Shown piece after piece: positions 1 through 9,188 of a stretch of 32,501 nucleotides of DNA. Positions within the stretch are counted from its first letter, which is position 1, and each line of letters begins with the position of its first letter. The notes under the pieces are model-generated. The model had not been told where the DNA came from, ran no database searches, and saw only the letters and a program-made list of their open reading frames with translations. Position numbers and translations under genes: made by a program. The stretch is from the sequence record SRR20825019_934; one strand, given 5' to 3'.

Positions 1-30
1 GTGATTCCGTTTTCACCGGAAATGCTCTAA
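1..30. repeat. End of a Bru-RS-like (TAGAGC-terminated) rhizobial palindromic repeat, truncated by the window edge
   Basis: GTGATTCCGTTTTCACCGGAAATGCTCTAA ends in GGAAATGCTCTA, as recalled for Brucella Bru-RS-type repeats. Its terminal TAG on the minus strand (27-29) is the hydrolase stop codon. Confidence 0.55.
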
Positions 31-1244
31 TAGGGTGCGCGCTGATCGAGACCGAACCGATCGGCGAGCCAGTCGGCCATCTTCTCCTGACCGATCGAAG
101 GGTTGTCGTGCTGGCAATGTTCAGCGCCGGTTTCCTCGACGCTGACCATTTCAAGGGTGACGTTGACGCCATTGTCGCGGGCGTATTCGTAAACCTGGGT
201 TGCCTGACGGACGCTGAGGACGTCGGAGCCGCCATGGCAGATCAGATAGGGGCATTTGATCTTGTCGATATGGCCTTCGAGTTTGAAGGCCTCGCCCTTC
301 TCTGCTGCCTCCGCCATGGTCTTGCCGCCGAACACCCAGGTGATGTGATCGGCAAGGCCGTGGCTGTCGCCGGCGGAACCCCAGAGATCGTTCACATCCC
401 ACACCGCGCCATGCGAAATGGCGGCGGCGATGCGCGGCTCATAGGAGGCCGCGCGCGCGGCGTAAAAACCGCCAAGGCTCGAGCCGCAGACGGCGATGCG
501 GCTTTCGTCGATGTCACCGCGCGCAAGCAGGTAGTCGATCATCACGCCGACGGGCTTTTCGTAGTCGACCTGGGTGTTGATGCCGTGCCGGCGCAGCGTA
601 CCGCCCTGGCCGGGGCCATCGATCATCAGCACCGAAATGCCGCGCTCATAGGGGCCACGGGCGCTCATGAACCACATCTCGTCCTTGATGCTGTCGAGAC
701 CGCCGAAGCAGATCACGACGGGCGAGGGCGAGGCGGCCTTCGGGGATTTGAGGAAATAGCCGTACATCTTGCCGTCGAGATAAGGGATTTCGACCTCCTC
801 CATCGCCGGCGACAGATAACGGCCCCACTTCTTCGAGCAGTTTTCCATTCTGGTGAAGATTTCGAGGCGGAGGGGATCGGTCCCCTCGAGCCAGAACTCG
901 GCCTGCCGGTAATAATCCGCGGCGCGCAGCCAGCAGGCCCTGGCGGTCTCGACATGGCCCTTTGCTTCTTCGGCGTCGCCGCGCTTGTCATTGCGTTCGG
1001 CAATGTGCAGCCACTCCTTGCGCCAGCTATCCTTGTCGCCCGGGATCATCCGCGAGGCGGCCTGGAAGCATTCGGAAACGGCGCCGCCGCCCTCCTGGGT
1101 TTCGCCGAGCGCGCGGCGGAACTGGTACGACATCCACGGATGTTCCGGCCAATGGTGCCAGCCGTAGTCGCGATAGTGGGGTTCCGTTCGATCGACGACT
1201 TCGTCGATCAGCTTCTGCTCTGCGGACAAGGCACTCTCCTGCAT
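27..1244 (-). CDS. Alpha/beta hydrolase, 2,6-dihydroxypseudooxynicotine hydrolase / FrsA-like family
   Basis: 405 aa; GGLDS, DGPGQG, nucleophile elbow GSSLGG, C-terminal GAEHCQ His; N-terminal helical domain with RAADYYRQAEF. Confidence 0.85.
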   Translation of the reverse strand: MQESALSAEQKLIDEVVDRTEPHYRDYGWHHWPEHPWMSYQFRRALGETQEGGGAVSECFQAASRMIPGDKDSWRKEWLHIAERNDKRGDAEEAKGHVETARACWLRAADYYRQAEFWLEGTDPLRLEIFTRMENCSKKWGRYLSPAMEEVEIPYLDGKMYGYFLKSPKAASPSPVVICFGGLDSIKDEMWFMSARGPYERGISVLMIDGPGQGGTLRRHGINTQVDYEKPVGVMIDYLLARGDIDESRIAVCGSSLGGFYAARAASYEPRIAAAISHGAVWDVNDLWGSAGDSHGLADHITWVFGGKTMAEAAEKGEAFKLEGHIDKIKCPYLICHGGSDVLSVRQATQVYEYARDNGVNVTLEMVSVEETGAEHCQHDNPSIGQEKMADWLADRFGLDQRAPY

Positions 1245-1250
1245 ACTTTC

Positions 1251-1333
1251 AGATTGAATAGAATTCCGATTTCTGCCTCAGGGTTACAGTCGCATGACTA
1301 TTTGTCAAGTCTCTTGAATTTAACTAAAGTTCA
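1251..1333 (-). promoter_or_regulatory. Hydrolase promoter with candidate XRE operators
   Basis: Minus-strand TTGACA at 1303-1308; imperfect palindrome TGAATTTAACTAAAGTTCA at 1315-1333; weaker copy at 1251-1265. Confidence 0.55.
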
Positions 1334-1406
1334 TTGGAATGACGTCCGATGCCGCTGCCAACGGATATGCCAAAAGCGACCTTGCCTGCCGCGCCGCGCC
1401 GCCGCC

Positions 1407-1985
1407 TCAGAACGAGGGCGGCGTGTTCAGCCAGATCACCCGCGCCGGCGTCTCGCCGATATTGCGGTAGCCATGCGGGCGTTCGGACCGGAAGCAGAAG
1501 GAATCGCCCGCCGAGATTGCGTAGCTTTTCCCGTCCAGTATCAATTCCAGTTGGCCTTCAAGCACATAGCCGAATTCCTCGCCGTCGTGCTGCAGCATGC
1601 CCTCGCTTCCGCCGCCGACCCCGATATGGTGGATATTGCCCTGGAGCAGGTGGCCGTCAGAGGGCGGGATCAGCCGTTCCAGAACAAGGTTTTCGCCTTT
1701 ACGCGTCGCATCCGTATGCACCATCATGCGGTCGCCGGCGCGGGTCACCGGTCTGTCCGGTTCATCGGCCTGCGCGAACATCTGGCCGACGGTGATATCC
1801 AGTCCTCTGGCGATCTTCTGCAGCATATTGAGAGACGGGGTCGATTTGCCGTTTTCGATCTTCGATACCAGCGATTCCGAGCACCCCGCAGCCACGGCCA
1901 ATTCCCGCAATGTCATGCCCTTCACCATCCGGGCATGGCGTATCTTGACGCCGATATTGGTCGAGAATTTTTCCTGATCCATCAT
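1407..1985 (-). CDS. XRE-family HTH plus cupin transcriptional regulator (PuuR/SutR-like)
   Basis: N-terminal HTH_3 (IRHARMVKGMTLRELA...SKIENGKSTPSL), C-terminal cupin (HDGEEFGYVLEG...PHGYRN); RBS GAGGAG. Confidence 0.93.
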   Translation of the reverse strand: MMDQEKFSTNIGVKIRHARMVKGMTLRELAVAAGCSESLVSKIENGKSTPSLNMLQKIARGLDITVGQMFAQADEPDRPVTRAGDRMMVHTDATRKGENLVLERLIPPSDGHLLQGNIHHIGVGGGSEGMLQHDGEEFGYVLEGQLELILDGKSYAISAGDSFCFRSERPHGYRNIGETPARVIWLNTPPSF

Positions 1986-1998
1986 GCACTCCTCGTTT

Positions 1999-2043
1999 CA
2001 AACTTGAATGAAATTACAGAGGCATGAATTTATATCAAGTTCC
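1999..2043. promoter_or_regulatory. Two candidate XRE autoregulatory operators
   Basis: TGAATTTATATCAAGTTCC (2025-2043) matches the 1315-1333 site at 15/19; an inverted copy lies at 1999-2017. Confidence 0.55.
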
Positions 2044-2087
2044 CGCTCGTGTTTCCGGACTCCTTTTTTGGATCTGACGGCTGGCCG

Positions 2088-3101
2088 CTACAGGCCGGAG
2101 GCCGATTTGAATGTGGATGCGCAGTCTTCACGGCTGGCGCCGCTCGCCAGGACGAGTTGCAGCAAAAGCCGCGCCTTGAGTCCGTTCAGCCTGCCGGCGC
2201 TGATCAGGCCTTTCGACAGGAGGTCGATTTCGCCTCCCTTGAACCCATAGGTCTTGCTGAACACCGGCCCGTTTCCGGTACGGCTCGCGAGTACGATAGG
2301 CATGGTCTCCGCCAGTTTGCCGAGCGGATCTGACAGGACCTCGGCGACATGGCCGGCGCCCATCGCCTCGATCACGACGCCTCGATAGCCAAGGCCGGGC
2401 AGGGCTTCCAGAAGCGCCGGCCCCTCGCCAAGCCCGAGCTTGATCAATGCAACGGGCGGCACGGCGGCGGCCGGGGTTGTGATTGCGGCCAAACGGCGTG
2501 GCGAAGGCGGCGCAAAGAAGAACGCCCGTCCCTCCATGACCTCGCCGGCCGGGCCGGCAGCGCCAGAGGCGAAGGCCGAGCAAAGCCCGGTATGGGCCTT
2601 CACCACGACGTTGGCCGCGTGAACCCGATCGTCCATGACCACCATCGCGCCGCGCGAACGTGCAGCATCGGCGGACGCGGTGATAACCGAGGCGAGAATA
2701 TTGGCGGGGCCATCGGCGCCCGCTGCTTCCGGCCCGCGCATGGCGCCGGTCACGATGATCGGTGCGTCCTCGTCCCACATGCAATCGAGCGCGAAGGCGG
2801 TTTCCTCGATCGTGTCCGTTCCCTGAACCACGACGACGCCGGAAGCGCCGCCTTCCACCGCCTCCTTCGCGGTTCGCGCCACGTCGCCGAGTTGTTCGAG
2901 CGTCAGTGAGGCGCCAGGGATTTTGAACGGCGACAGCGGCTCGACCTCGGCAATCTTGCCGAGACCCGGCACGGCGTCGATCAGTGCCTGTGCGGCAAGC
3001 TTCGGCGTGATGCCGCCGCTTGCGTCGGCGGTCATCGTGATCGTGCCGCCAAGCACGATCAGCGTGACCTTCGCTGCGGTCCTTTGAACCTCGTTACCCA
3101 T
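2088..3101 (-). CDS. L-asparaginase/glutaminase family amidohydrolase (cytoplasmic)
   Basis: GGTI, QGTDT, TGAMR and GAGH motifs; no signal peptide; ATG at 3101 overlaps the ALDH stop (TGATG). Confidence 0.9.
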   Translation of the reverse strand: MGNEVQRTAAKVTLIVLGGTITMTADASGGITPKLAAQALIDAVPGLGKIAEVEPLSPFKIPGASLTLEQLGDVARTAKEAVEGGASGVVVVQGTDTIEETAFALDCMWDEDAPIIVTGAMRGPEAAGADGPANILASVITASADAARSRGAMVVMDDRVHAANVVVKAHTGLCSAFASGAAGPAGEVMEGRAFFFAPPSPRRLAAITTPAAAVPPVALIKLGLGEGPALLEALPGLGYRGVVIEAMGAGHVAEVLSDPLGKLAETMPIVLASRTGNGPVFSKTYGFKGGEIDLLSKGLISAGRLNGLKARLLLQLVLASGASREDCASTFKSASGL

Positions 3102-4615
3102 CAACTGTACCTTTTCTCGCCGGTGTCGTCGTCGAACCAGTCGAACGGCGTTTCAGAGAGGTTGGCCACGACGCTTTGCACCTTGGTGTAGGATTCATAG
3201 CAGGCGATGCCGTTTTCCTTGCCAAGGCCGCTGTCCTTGAAGCCGCCCCAGGGGGAGGCCGGGTCCACCCTGTGGTGGTCGTTGATCCAGACGATCCCGG
3301 CCTCGATCCGGCTTGCCACGCGATGGCCTTTTGCGCCGTTGCGGGTCCACACGCTGGCCGCCAGTCCGAACTGGGTGCTGTTGGCAAGTGCGATCGCCTG
3401 TTCTTCGCTGTCGAAGGGGATGACGCAGACGACGGGGCCGAAAATCTCTTCCTGCGCGATGCGCATGTCGTTGCGCACATCGCAGAAGATCGTCGGGGTG
3501 TAGAAATAGCCGCCCTCAAGCTCCGGGTTTTCGGGGCGTCTGCCGCCGGCGGCAAGCGTTGCACCCTCTGCCTTGCCGATCTCGACATATTTCTCGACGA
3601 GATCACGCTGTTTGGCGGAGATCATCGGCCCCATCTGGGTGGCGGGGTCTTCGGGGCGGCCGATGCGGATCGCGTTGGCGCGTTCCACCAGTCCGGCGAG
3701 CACTTCGTCGTAGACGGTGCGCTCTACCAGGAGCCGCGCGCCCTGCACGCAGGTCTGGCCGGCCGCGATGAAAGAGGCAAAGAGTGCGGCCGGAACGGCC
3801 TGGTCCGCCATGTCCTCGAAGATCAGCACGGACGCCTTGCCGCCGAGTTCGGCGGAGACCGGAATGAGGTTCCTGCCGGCATTCGCGGCAACCACGCGGC
3901 CGGTTTCTGTGCCGCCTGTCAGATCGATCTTGGCGATGCGCGGATGGTTGGTCAGCGCCGCGCCTGCGGTGGCGCCGAAACCCGGAACGACATTGTAGAC
4001 GCCCTTCGGCAGACCGGCCTGTTCCAGCACTTCCGCCAGCATCAGCGGTGTGAGCGGGGCAAGCTCGCTCGGCTTGACCACCATGGTATTGCCGGCGGCA
4101 AGCGCCGGGGCGACCTTCTTGGTGAGGATCAGAAGCGGATGGTTCCAGGGCGTCACCAGCCCGACCACGCCGAGCGGCTTGCGCACGGTATAATTGAGAT
4201 GGCTCTTGCCGAACGGGTGAACGGCGCCTTCATGGGTGCGGGCGACGGCTGCGAAATAAGAATACCATTCCGGCAACCGCTGCAACTGAGCCTTCATCTC
4301 GCGCACCGGCCGGCCGGTCTGGGCAACCTCGATATCGATGAAAGCGGGCAGCCGCTCCGCTAGGATCTCGGCGGCGCGATTGAGAATGCGCGCGCGGACA
4401 TCCGGCCCCATGGCGCCCCAGGTTTCAAAGGCGGCTTCGGCCGCCTGCACGGCGCGTTCGATATCATCCTCCGCACCCTCGGCGACGGTTGCGACGAGCG
4501 CGCCGGTGGCAGGGTTTTCGACCGGGAAGGTCTTGCCGCTCGAAGCCGGTTCGAACTTGCCGTCGATGAAGAGGTCGAGATGGATTGTTTCGCTCTTTGC
4601 AGCCATTGCAGTCAT
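3101..4615 (-). CDS. NAD(P)-dependent aldehyde dehydrogenase
   Basis: TPWNHP, KPSE, TGGTETG, ELGGK, catalytic Cys in GQTCV, EEIFGP, GGFKDSGLGKE. Confidence 0.95.
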   Translation of the reverse strand: MTAMAAKSETIHLDLFIDGKFEPASSGKTFPVENPATGALVATVAEGAEDDIERAVQAAEAAFETWGAMGPDVRARILNRAAEILAERLPAFIDIEVAQTGRPVREMKAQLQRLPEWYSYFAAVARTHEGAVHPFGKSHLNYTVRKPLGVVGLVTPWNHPLLILTKKVAPALAAGNTMVVKPSELAPLTPLMLAEVLEQAGLPKGVYNVVPGFGATAGAALTNHPRIAKIDLTGGTETGRVVAANAGRNLIPVSAELGGKASVLIFEDMADQAVPAALFASFIAAGQTCVQGARLLVERTVYDEVLAGLVERANAIRIGRPEDPATQMGPMISAKQRDLVEKYVEIGKAEGATLAAGGRRPENPELEGGYFYTPTIFCDVRNDMRIAQEEIFGPVVCVIPFDSEEQAIALANSTQFGLAASVWTRNGAKGHRVASRIEAGIVWINDHHRVDPASPWGGFKDSGLGKENGIACYESYTKVQSVVANLSETPFDWFDDDTGEKRYS

Positions 4616-5523
4616 CAGTCTTTTCCTTTGGCTCCGATCTCGGCGAGATACCAGTCGAGGATTTCCTCACCCGTCCACATCTGCACCCCTTCATGACCGA
4701 GGATGTGATCATAGAGCATTTCGAGATACTTGATCCGGTGGGGCGCGCCGGTCAGATAGGGGTGGATCGAGATCGCCATGATCCGGGGCGTCGTCGCTCC
4801 GTCCTGCCACAGCCGCTCGAAATGATCCTTGCCGCGGCGATATATCTCGTCGGACGGCTGACCCTGAACGGCGGTCATCACGACATCGTTGATCTCGACG
4901 GTATAGGGAACAGATGTCAGCCGCCCGGAGCGGGTCCTGATCGGCACCGGCTGGTCGTCGAGCACCCAGTCGGCGACATATTCGATCCCGGCCTCGGCCA
5001 GCAGGTCAGCAGTTTCGTCGGTCTCGGTGATGCCGGGGCTTTCCCAGCCGCGCGGGGCCTTGCCGGAAAAGGCGCGGATCGCGTCCATGGTCTTGGCGAT
5101 CGCTTCGGCCTGATCATCGACCTTGTGCATCGGTTTCTGGTGAAAGCCATGGCCCATGAATTCCCAGCCAGCGGACAGGGCGGCTTCGGCGGCCTGCGGA
5201 TAGGTGTCGATGGCTGAACCGTTGATCGCCAGCGTTGCCTTCAGGTCGCGCGATTTCAGCGCATCGAGAAAGCGCCAGAAGCCCACCCGCATGCCATATT
5301 CGTGCCAGGCCCAGTTGGGAACGTCGGGCAGCATCGGGACGCCCATGGGCGGGGGAAGGACCGCCCGCGGCATCGCCGCTGCAGGGTTCCAGGCCTCGAC
5401 GTTGACAATCGTCCACACCGCGACGCGCGCGCCGTTGGGGAGGCTGAGAGGAGGGCGGTCCGTGATCGGGCGGTAGGGCACGCGTTCGCGTACCGATGCG
5501 CCGAGCCTGTCTGCCTCTGTCAT
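4615..5523 (-). CDS. Polysaccharide deacetylase family protein (PuuE/allantoinase-like, CE4 fold)
   Basis: IVNVEAW, WHEYGMRVG, GWEFMGHG, PRGWESPG, DWVLDDQP, SIHPYLTGAPHR; RBS GGAAGGGAG. Confidence 0.9.
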   Translation of the reverse strand: MTEADRLGASVRERVPYRPITDRPPLSLPNGARVAVWTIVNVEAWNPAAAMPRAVLPPPMGVPMLPDVPNWAWHEYGMRVGFWRFLDALKSRDLKATLAINGSAIDTYPQAAEAALSAGWEFMGHGFHQKPMHKVDDQAEAIAKTMDAIRAFSGKAPRGWESPGITETDETADLLAEAGIEYVADWVLDDQPVPIRTRSGRLTSVPYTVEINDVVMTAVQGQPSDEIYRRGKDHFERLWQDGATTPRIMAISIHPYLTGAPHRIKYLEMLYDHILGHEGVQMWTGEEILDWYLAEIGAKGKD

Positions 5524-5548
5524 CTCAAAACTCCCTTCCTGTCGTCTG

Positions 5549-5584
5549 TGATATATTAGATATTAAATACCGTCTGCTTGTCAA
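5549..5584 (-). promoter_or_regulatory. Sigma70-like promoter of the deacetylase operon with candidate GntR operator repeats
   Basis: Minus-strand TTGACA (5579-5584)-N18-TCTAAT; 7-bp periodic ATATATT AGATATT AAATACC at 5551-5571 overlaps the -10. Confidence 0.5.
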
Positions 5585-5640
5585 AGGCTTTTTGAGCCAC
5601 TAAACTTTTGCCCACCTTGAAGCGCATGAAAGCGCGGGAC

Positions 5641-6369
5641 ATGAATTGGGATGGAAACGTGAAAAAACTCGGACTTCAGAAGCATGTGCAGGTCAGCCGC
5701 GCGGAGGCTGTGCGCGAAGCGCTCAGAGATGCCATCCTGTCAGGCCTGCTGCCGCCCGGCGAGCGTCTCAATCTGGACGAGATCGCCGAGGAGTTCGAGG
5801 TCAGCCGCATGCCGGTGCGCGATGCGGTGCGCCAGTTGGAGACGGAAGGTCTTGTGAAGGTGTTCCCCTACAAGGGGGTCGAGGTTTCCGCGCTGACCAT
5901 CGGCCAGCTCGAGGAACTCTTCACCTTGCGCAGCGCGCTTGAGCAGGTCGCGATAGAACGCGCCGTACCGCGCCTTTCCAAGGCGAGCCTTGCCGAGGCG
6001 CGCAGGATTCTCGAAAAGATCGATGCGCTGGAAGACCGCACCGCGCGCTGGCTGGAACTGAACGCACGGTTCCACCACAAGCTCAACGAGGCCTGTGGCT
6101 GGACGCGGCTTCTGGAAATGATCGACACGCTGCGCAGCAATGCCGACCGCTATGTCAGGACCTACGTTTCCAGCGCTGGCCTGACCGTTTCCCAGCAACA
6201 GCACTGGGCGCTTCTGGAGGCCTGCGAGGCCGGCGATGCGGCGGCCGCCAGGAAGGTCATCGACGCCCATCTGATGGGAACCGCCGAAAGCCTTATCGCG
6301 ATTCTGCAGCAAAACGGCGGCGAGACCGCGACCGCTCCGGCAAAGTTGAAAGACTTCGCTACCGACTAG
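5641..6369 (+). CDS. GntR-family (FCD domain) transcriptional regulator
   Basis: wHTH LRDAILSGLLPPGERL...VSRMPVRDA and FCD domain (NARFHH, QQHWALL). Start uncertain (5608, 5626, 5641 or 5659). Confidence 0.92.
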   Translation: MNWDGNVKKLGLQKHVQVSRAEAVREALRDAILSGLLPPGERLNLDEIAEEFEVSRMPVRDAVRQLETEGLVKVFPYKGVEVSALTIGQLEELFTLRSALEQVAIERAVPRLSKASLAEARRILEKIDALEDRTARWLELNARFHHKLNEACGWTRLLEMIDTLRSNADRYVRTYVSSAGLTVSQQQHWALLEACEAGDAAAARKVIDAHLMGTAESLIAILQQNGGETATAPAKLKDFATD

Positions 6370-6376
6370 GCTTCCG

Positions 6377-6443
6377 GGTCGCGGCCCGCTTCAGCGAGGC
6401 GCCCGTGGAGGGCGCGAGCCCGGCTTTCAGGAGCGGCGCGACC
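6377..6443. terminator. GC-rich nested stem-loop between convergent gntR and dgoA
   Basis: GGTCGCG (6377-6383) pairs with CGCGACC (6437-6443); inner GCGCCC/GGGCGC (6399-6415); no U-tract. Confidence 0.3.
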
Positions 6444-6510
6444 GGGTTCGGCCCAATCGCGGACGGCGTTGCCTATCTTCGGTCTGTAGCGTCAGGAAAG
6501 CGCCGGCGCA

Positions 6511-7140
6511 TCAGATCCGATGCATGGCCTCGATTAACAGCTTCGCTTTCTGCGCGACGTCGGCAACGTCCATGCCGGGCTTGTAGAGCGCCCCGCCAAT
6601 GCCGAAACCGGATGCGCCGGCCCTGGCATAGGCTTCCATGTTTTCCGGCGTCACGCCGCCGACGGCGAAGACCGGGATTTCTTTCGGCAAGACCGCTTTC
6701 CACGCCTTGATGACGACCGGCGGAATGGCCTCGGCGGGGAAGGCCTTGACGCCGGCGGCGCCAGCCGCGATGGCGGCGAAGGCTTCCGTGGGCGTTGCAA
6801 CGCCGGGCAGGCTGATCATGGCTCTTGCGGCTGTCGCTTCGATCACCGCCGGGTTTGCGTTGGGCGAGATGATCACCCTCGCACCGGTCGCTGCGACATC
6901 GGCGACTTGCGCTGGCGTCAGTACGGTGCCGGCCCCGATCAGCGCGCGGTCACCGAAACGAGCCTGCAGCTTTTCGATGCTCCTGAGCGGATCGGGCGAA
7001 TTGAGCGGCACTTCGATGATGCGCCAGCCGGCCTCGATCAGCGCTTCGCCGACCGGCTCTGCCTCGTCGGGTCTGATGCCGCGCAGAATTGCGATCAGAT
7101 TGCATGCTTTCAGCGCTTCGGTGAAATTCATCGCGTTCAT
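6511..7140 (-). CDS. dgoA: 2-dehydro-3-deoxy-6-phosphogalactonate aldolase
   Basis: LIAILRGI, IEVPLNSP, GAGTVL, Schiff-base Lys in VKAFPAE, AVGGVTPEN; overlaps the dgoK stop. Confidence 0.95.
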   Translation of the reverse strand: MNAMNFTEALKACNLIAILRGIRPDEAEPVGEALIEAGWRIIEVPLNSPDPLRSIEKLQARFGDRALIGAGTVLTPAQVADVAATGARVIISPNANPAVIEATAARAMISLPGVATPTEAFAAIAAGAAGVKAFPAEAIPPVVIKAWKAVLPKEIPVFAVGGVTPENMEAYARAGASGFGIGGALYKPGMDVADVAQKAKLLIEAMHRI

Positions 7141-8078
7141 TCCTGTTCCGTCGATTGCAGTTTGCCGGTGATGCGTTGGACGCCGAGGGTTGCGGCGTCC
7201 TCGGGCCCCGGCTTGATCTCCAAGTCAAAAAGCGGCGCGATGCGCCCGTAGCGCAGGGTCAGCGCCGTGTTGCCGATGATGCCGATCGCTTCTCCCGGAT
7301 GCAGCCATCCGGCAGCCCGCGCCTGCCGGAATTCCGAGCCGATGAGGAGGCCCGAGACGTAATCGGCGATGTCTTCGGGCTGAAGGGCGCCTGCCAGAAT
7401 GCCGCTGCGGGCGCTGAAGACTGCGGAAAGCAGGGCATCGGCGGCGGGTTCGTCGCCTGCCGCAAATTCCGCCCCGCGATCGAAGGCGGACCAGATTGGC
7501 GCGCTGCCGGGAGCGCGCTCGGCGGCGCGCGCGATGAAGGAATGCCGGGTCAAAAGCGCGAATATTTCTCCGGTGGCAAAGGTCTGGAACGCGGCGATAC
7601 GACCGTTTTCAATACGCGCCCACTTGCTGTGGGTGCCGGGCAGCACCAGCGTGCGGTCCTCGGCAAGGCCATAGCCGACGATCTGCGTTTCCTCGCCGCG
7701 CATGACATCGGGAAACGGCTTTGCCGCCGGGTCGCGCATGCCGGGCAGGAAGGTCATGGCCGCGCCGTTTTGCAGCGTGATGCGCTTCGCGCCAGCGGCA
7801 AGCTCCGCTGGGCCTGCCGGCGCATCGACATAGGGCACCTCGATCCAGCCGCTGCGGCTGGTGATCATGCCGCTGGCAACGACCGGGAAGGGGTCGCGTT
7901 CAGCAAACCACGCGCCGATCGTCGCCATAAGCGCCGCCTCGAACGCGCCGCCTTCCACGAACTGGATGCCGCCGCCCTGGCTTTCGCGTCTGTCCAGCAC
8001 AAGCCCGTCGGACGAAAGCAGTGTGGCGCGGAGCGAACTGGTGCCCCAGTCGAGAATGGCGGTGACGGTATGGGTCAT
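7137..8078 (-). CDS. dgoK: 2-dehydro-3-deoxygalactonokinase
   Basis: DWGTSSLRA, SGMITSRSGW, PDVMRGEETQ, LPGTHSKW, SGLLIGSE. Confidence 0.95.
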   Translation of the reverse strand: MTHTVTAILDWGTSSLRATLLSSDGLVLDRRESQGGGIQFVEGGAFEAALMATIGAWFAERDPFPVVASGMITSRSGWIEVPYVDAPAGPAELAAGAKRITLQNGAAMTFLPGMRDPAAKPFPDVMRGEETQIVGYGLAEDRTLVLPGTHSKWARIENGRIAAFQTFATGEIFALLTRHSFIARAAERAPGSAPIWSAFDRGAEFAAGDEPAADALLSAVFSARSGILAGALQPEDIADYVSGLLIGSEFRQARAAGWLHPGEAIGIIGNTALTLRYGRIAPLFDLEIKPGPEDAATLGVQRITGKLQSTEQE

Positions 8079-8195
8079 GCGGTCGGTCTCATTTCCGGGC
8101 AAGGGCGTTTCGCGATTTCACGGAAGCGCCGGTCTTGGCGCATTTCGCGTCGAAGAAATAGCAGCCTGCAAAAGACTGCATCGCAAAATCACGCC

Positions 8196-8208
8196 ATTTA
8201 TGTATGAT
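8196..8208 (-). promoter_or_regulatory. Candidate FadR/DgoR operator upstream of dgoK
   Basis: Minus-strand ATCATACATAAAT resembles the sites at 9103-9188. Confidence 0.45.
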
Positions 8209-8222
8209 CTTTTATTTGATTT

Positions 8223-9011
8223 CTAGTCACTTTGTTGCGTTTTTGGGGCGAGCCGCGTCCGGCGCAGCGCGTCGGTCATCTCGCTTCTGGCGACGCCGAT
8301 GAGTTGTTCCATGGCGTGGCGCGCGGCGTCCGGCCGGCGCATCCTGATCGCTTCAAGCACATCCTGATGAGCGAGGATCGCCTGCTCATGGGATTGGCTG
8401 GCGCGGTTCGTCAGACGAAAGCTCGCCAGAAGCGCTGCTCGGATGGCGCTGGCGAACTGGCGATAGACCCAGTTGCCGCTGGCGTTGATGATTGCGGTGT
8501 GGAATTCGAGGTCGGCCCGGCTCCACGCCTCATTGTCGCGCGCGTTGGCCTCGACCATATCCTCGAACGCCTTTGCGATCTGGTAAAGCTGTCTGGCATT
8601 GGCATTGGCGGCCGCCTGCGCCGCCGCTGCGGGCTCGAGAAGCTGTCGGGCGTCGATCAGCGATGAATAGAAAGAATCGTCCGCTCCGACGGCCAGCATG
8701 ACGTCGAGCACGATCGGATCGAGATAGTTCCAGTTTTCCCGCGGCAATACGATGGTGCCGGCGCGGGTGCGGGAGCGCACCATGCCGAGGGCGGAAAGAT
8801 ACTGCATGGATTCGCGCAGGCTGGTGCGGCTGACCCCGAACCGTTCCGTCAGTTCCACCTCGTTGGGCAGGGTTGCGCTCTCCGGAAATGTGCCGGAAAC
8901 GATCAATTCAACGAGGGACTGCAGCAGCGCCTCCCGTACGCTGCGCTTGCCGCGCTGGGCGATCGGCGCGCCGTCTTCCGTCAGGATTTGGGTCATTGCT
9001 TCGCTTTTCAC
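8223..9011 (-). CDS. FadR/GntR-family regulator (DgoR-like)
   Basis: LPNEVELTERFGVSRTSLRE wHTH, ADLEFHTAIINASGN FCD domain; lies upstream of dgoKA. Confidence 0.9.
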   Translation of the reverse strand: MKSEAMTQILTEDGAPIAQRGKRSVREALLQSLVELIVSGTFPESATLPNEVELTERFGVSRTSLRESMQYLSALGMVRSRTRAGTIVLPRENWNYLDPIVLDVMLAVGADDSFYSSLIDARQLLEPAAAAQAAANANARQLYQIAKAFEDMVEANARDNEAWSRADLEFHTAIINASGNWVYRQFASAIRAALLASFRLTNRASQSHEQAILAHQDVLEAIRMRRPDAARHAMEQLIGVARSEMTDALRRTRLAPKTQQSD

Positions 9012-9102
9012 TGGTTCCCCTTGGTTGCGAGATGCCGTGATTCCTGAGCGCTTCTCTTGCCGAGTGCTTCAGGCAGGCTTCGTTCCCGCTTTCATTGTGG
9101 GT

Positions 9103-9188
9103 AATATGATAGATATGGCTTCTTCATTCAAATTGAAAAATAAATCATATTTATAATTGACATTGATCGGACGTATTATAAGTATCGT
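9103..9188. promoter_or_regulatory. Divergent promoter region with repeated ATCATA(C/T)-type sites
   Basis: AT-rich; TTGACA at 9157-9162 flanked by ATCATATTTATAA (9144-9156) and inverted TTATAAGTATCGT (9176-9188); AATATGAT at 9103-9110. Confidence 0.55.

Noticed and set aside
108-2027. 639-aa plus-strand ORF
   Set aside because: Antisense shadow of the hydrolase and XRE genes.
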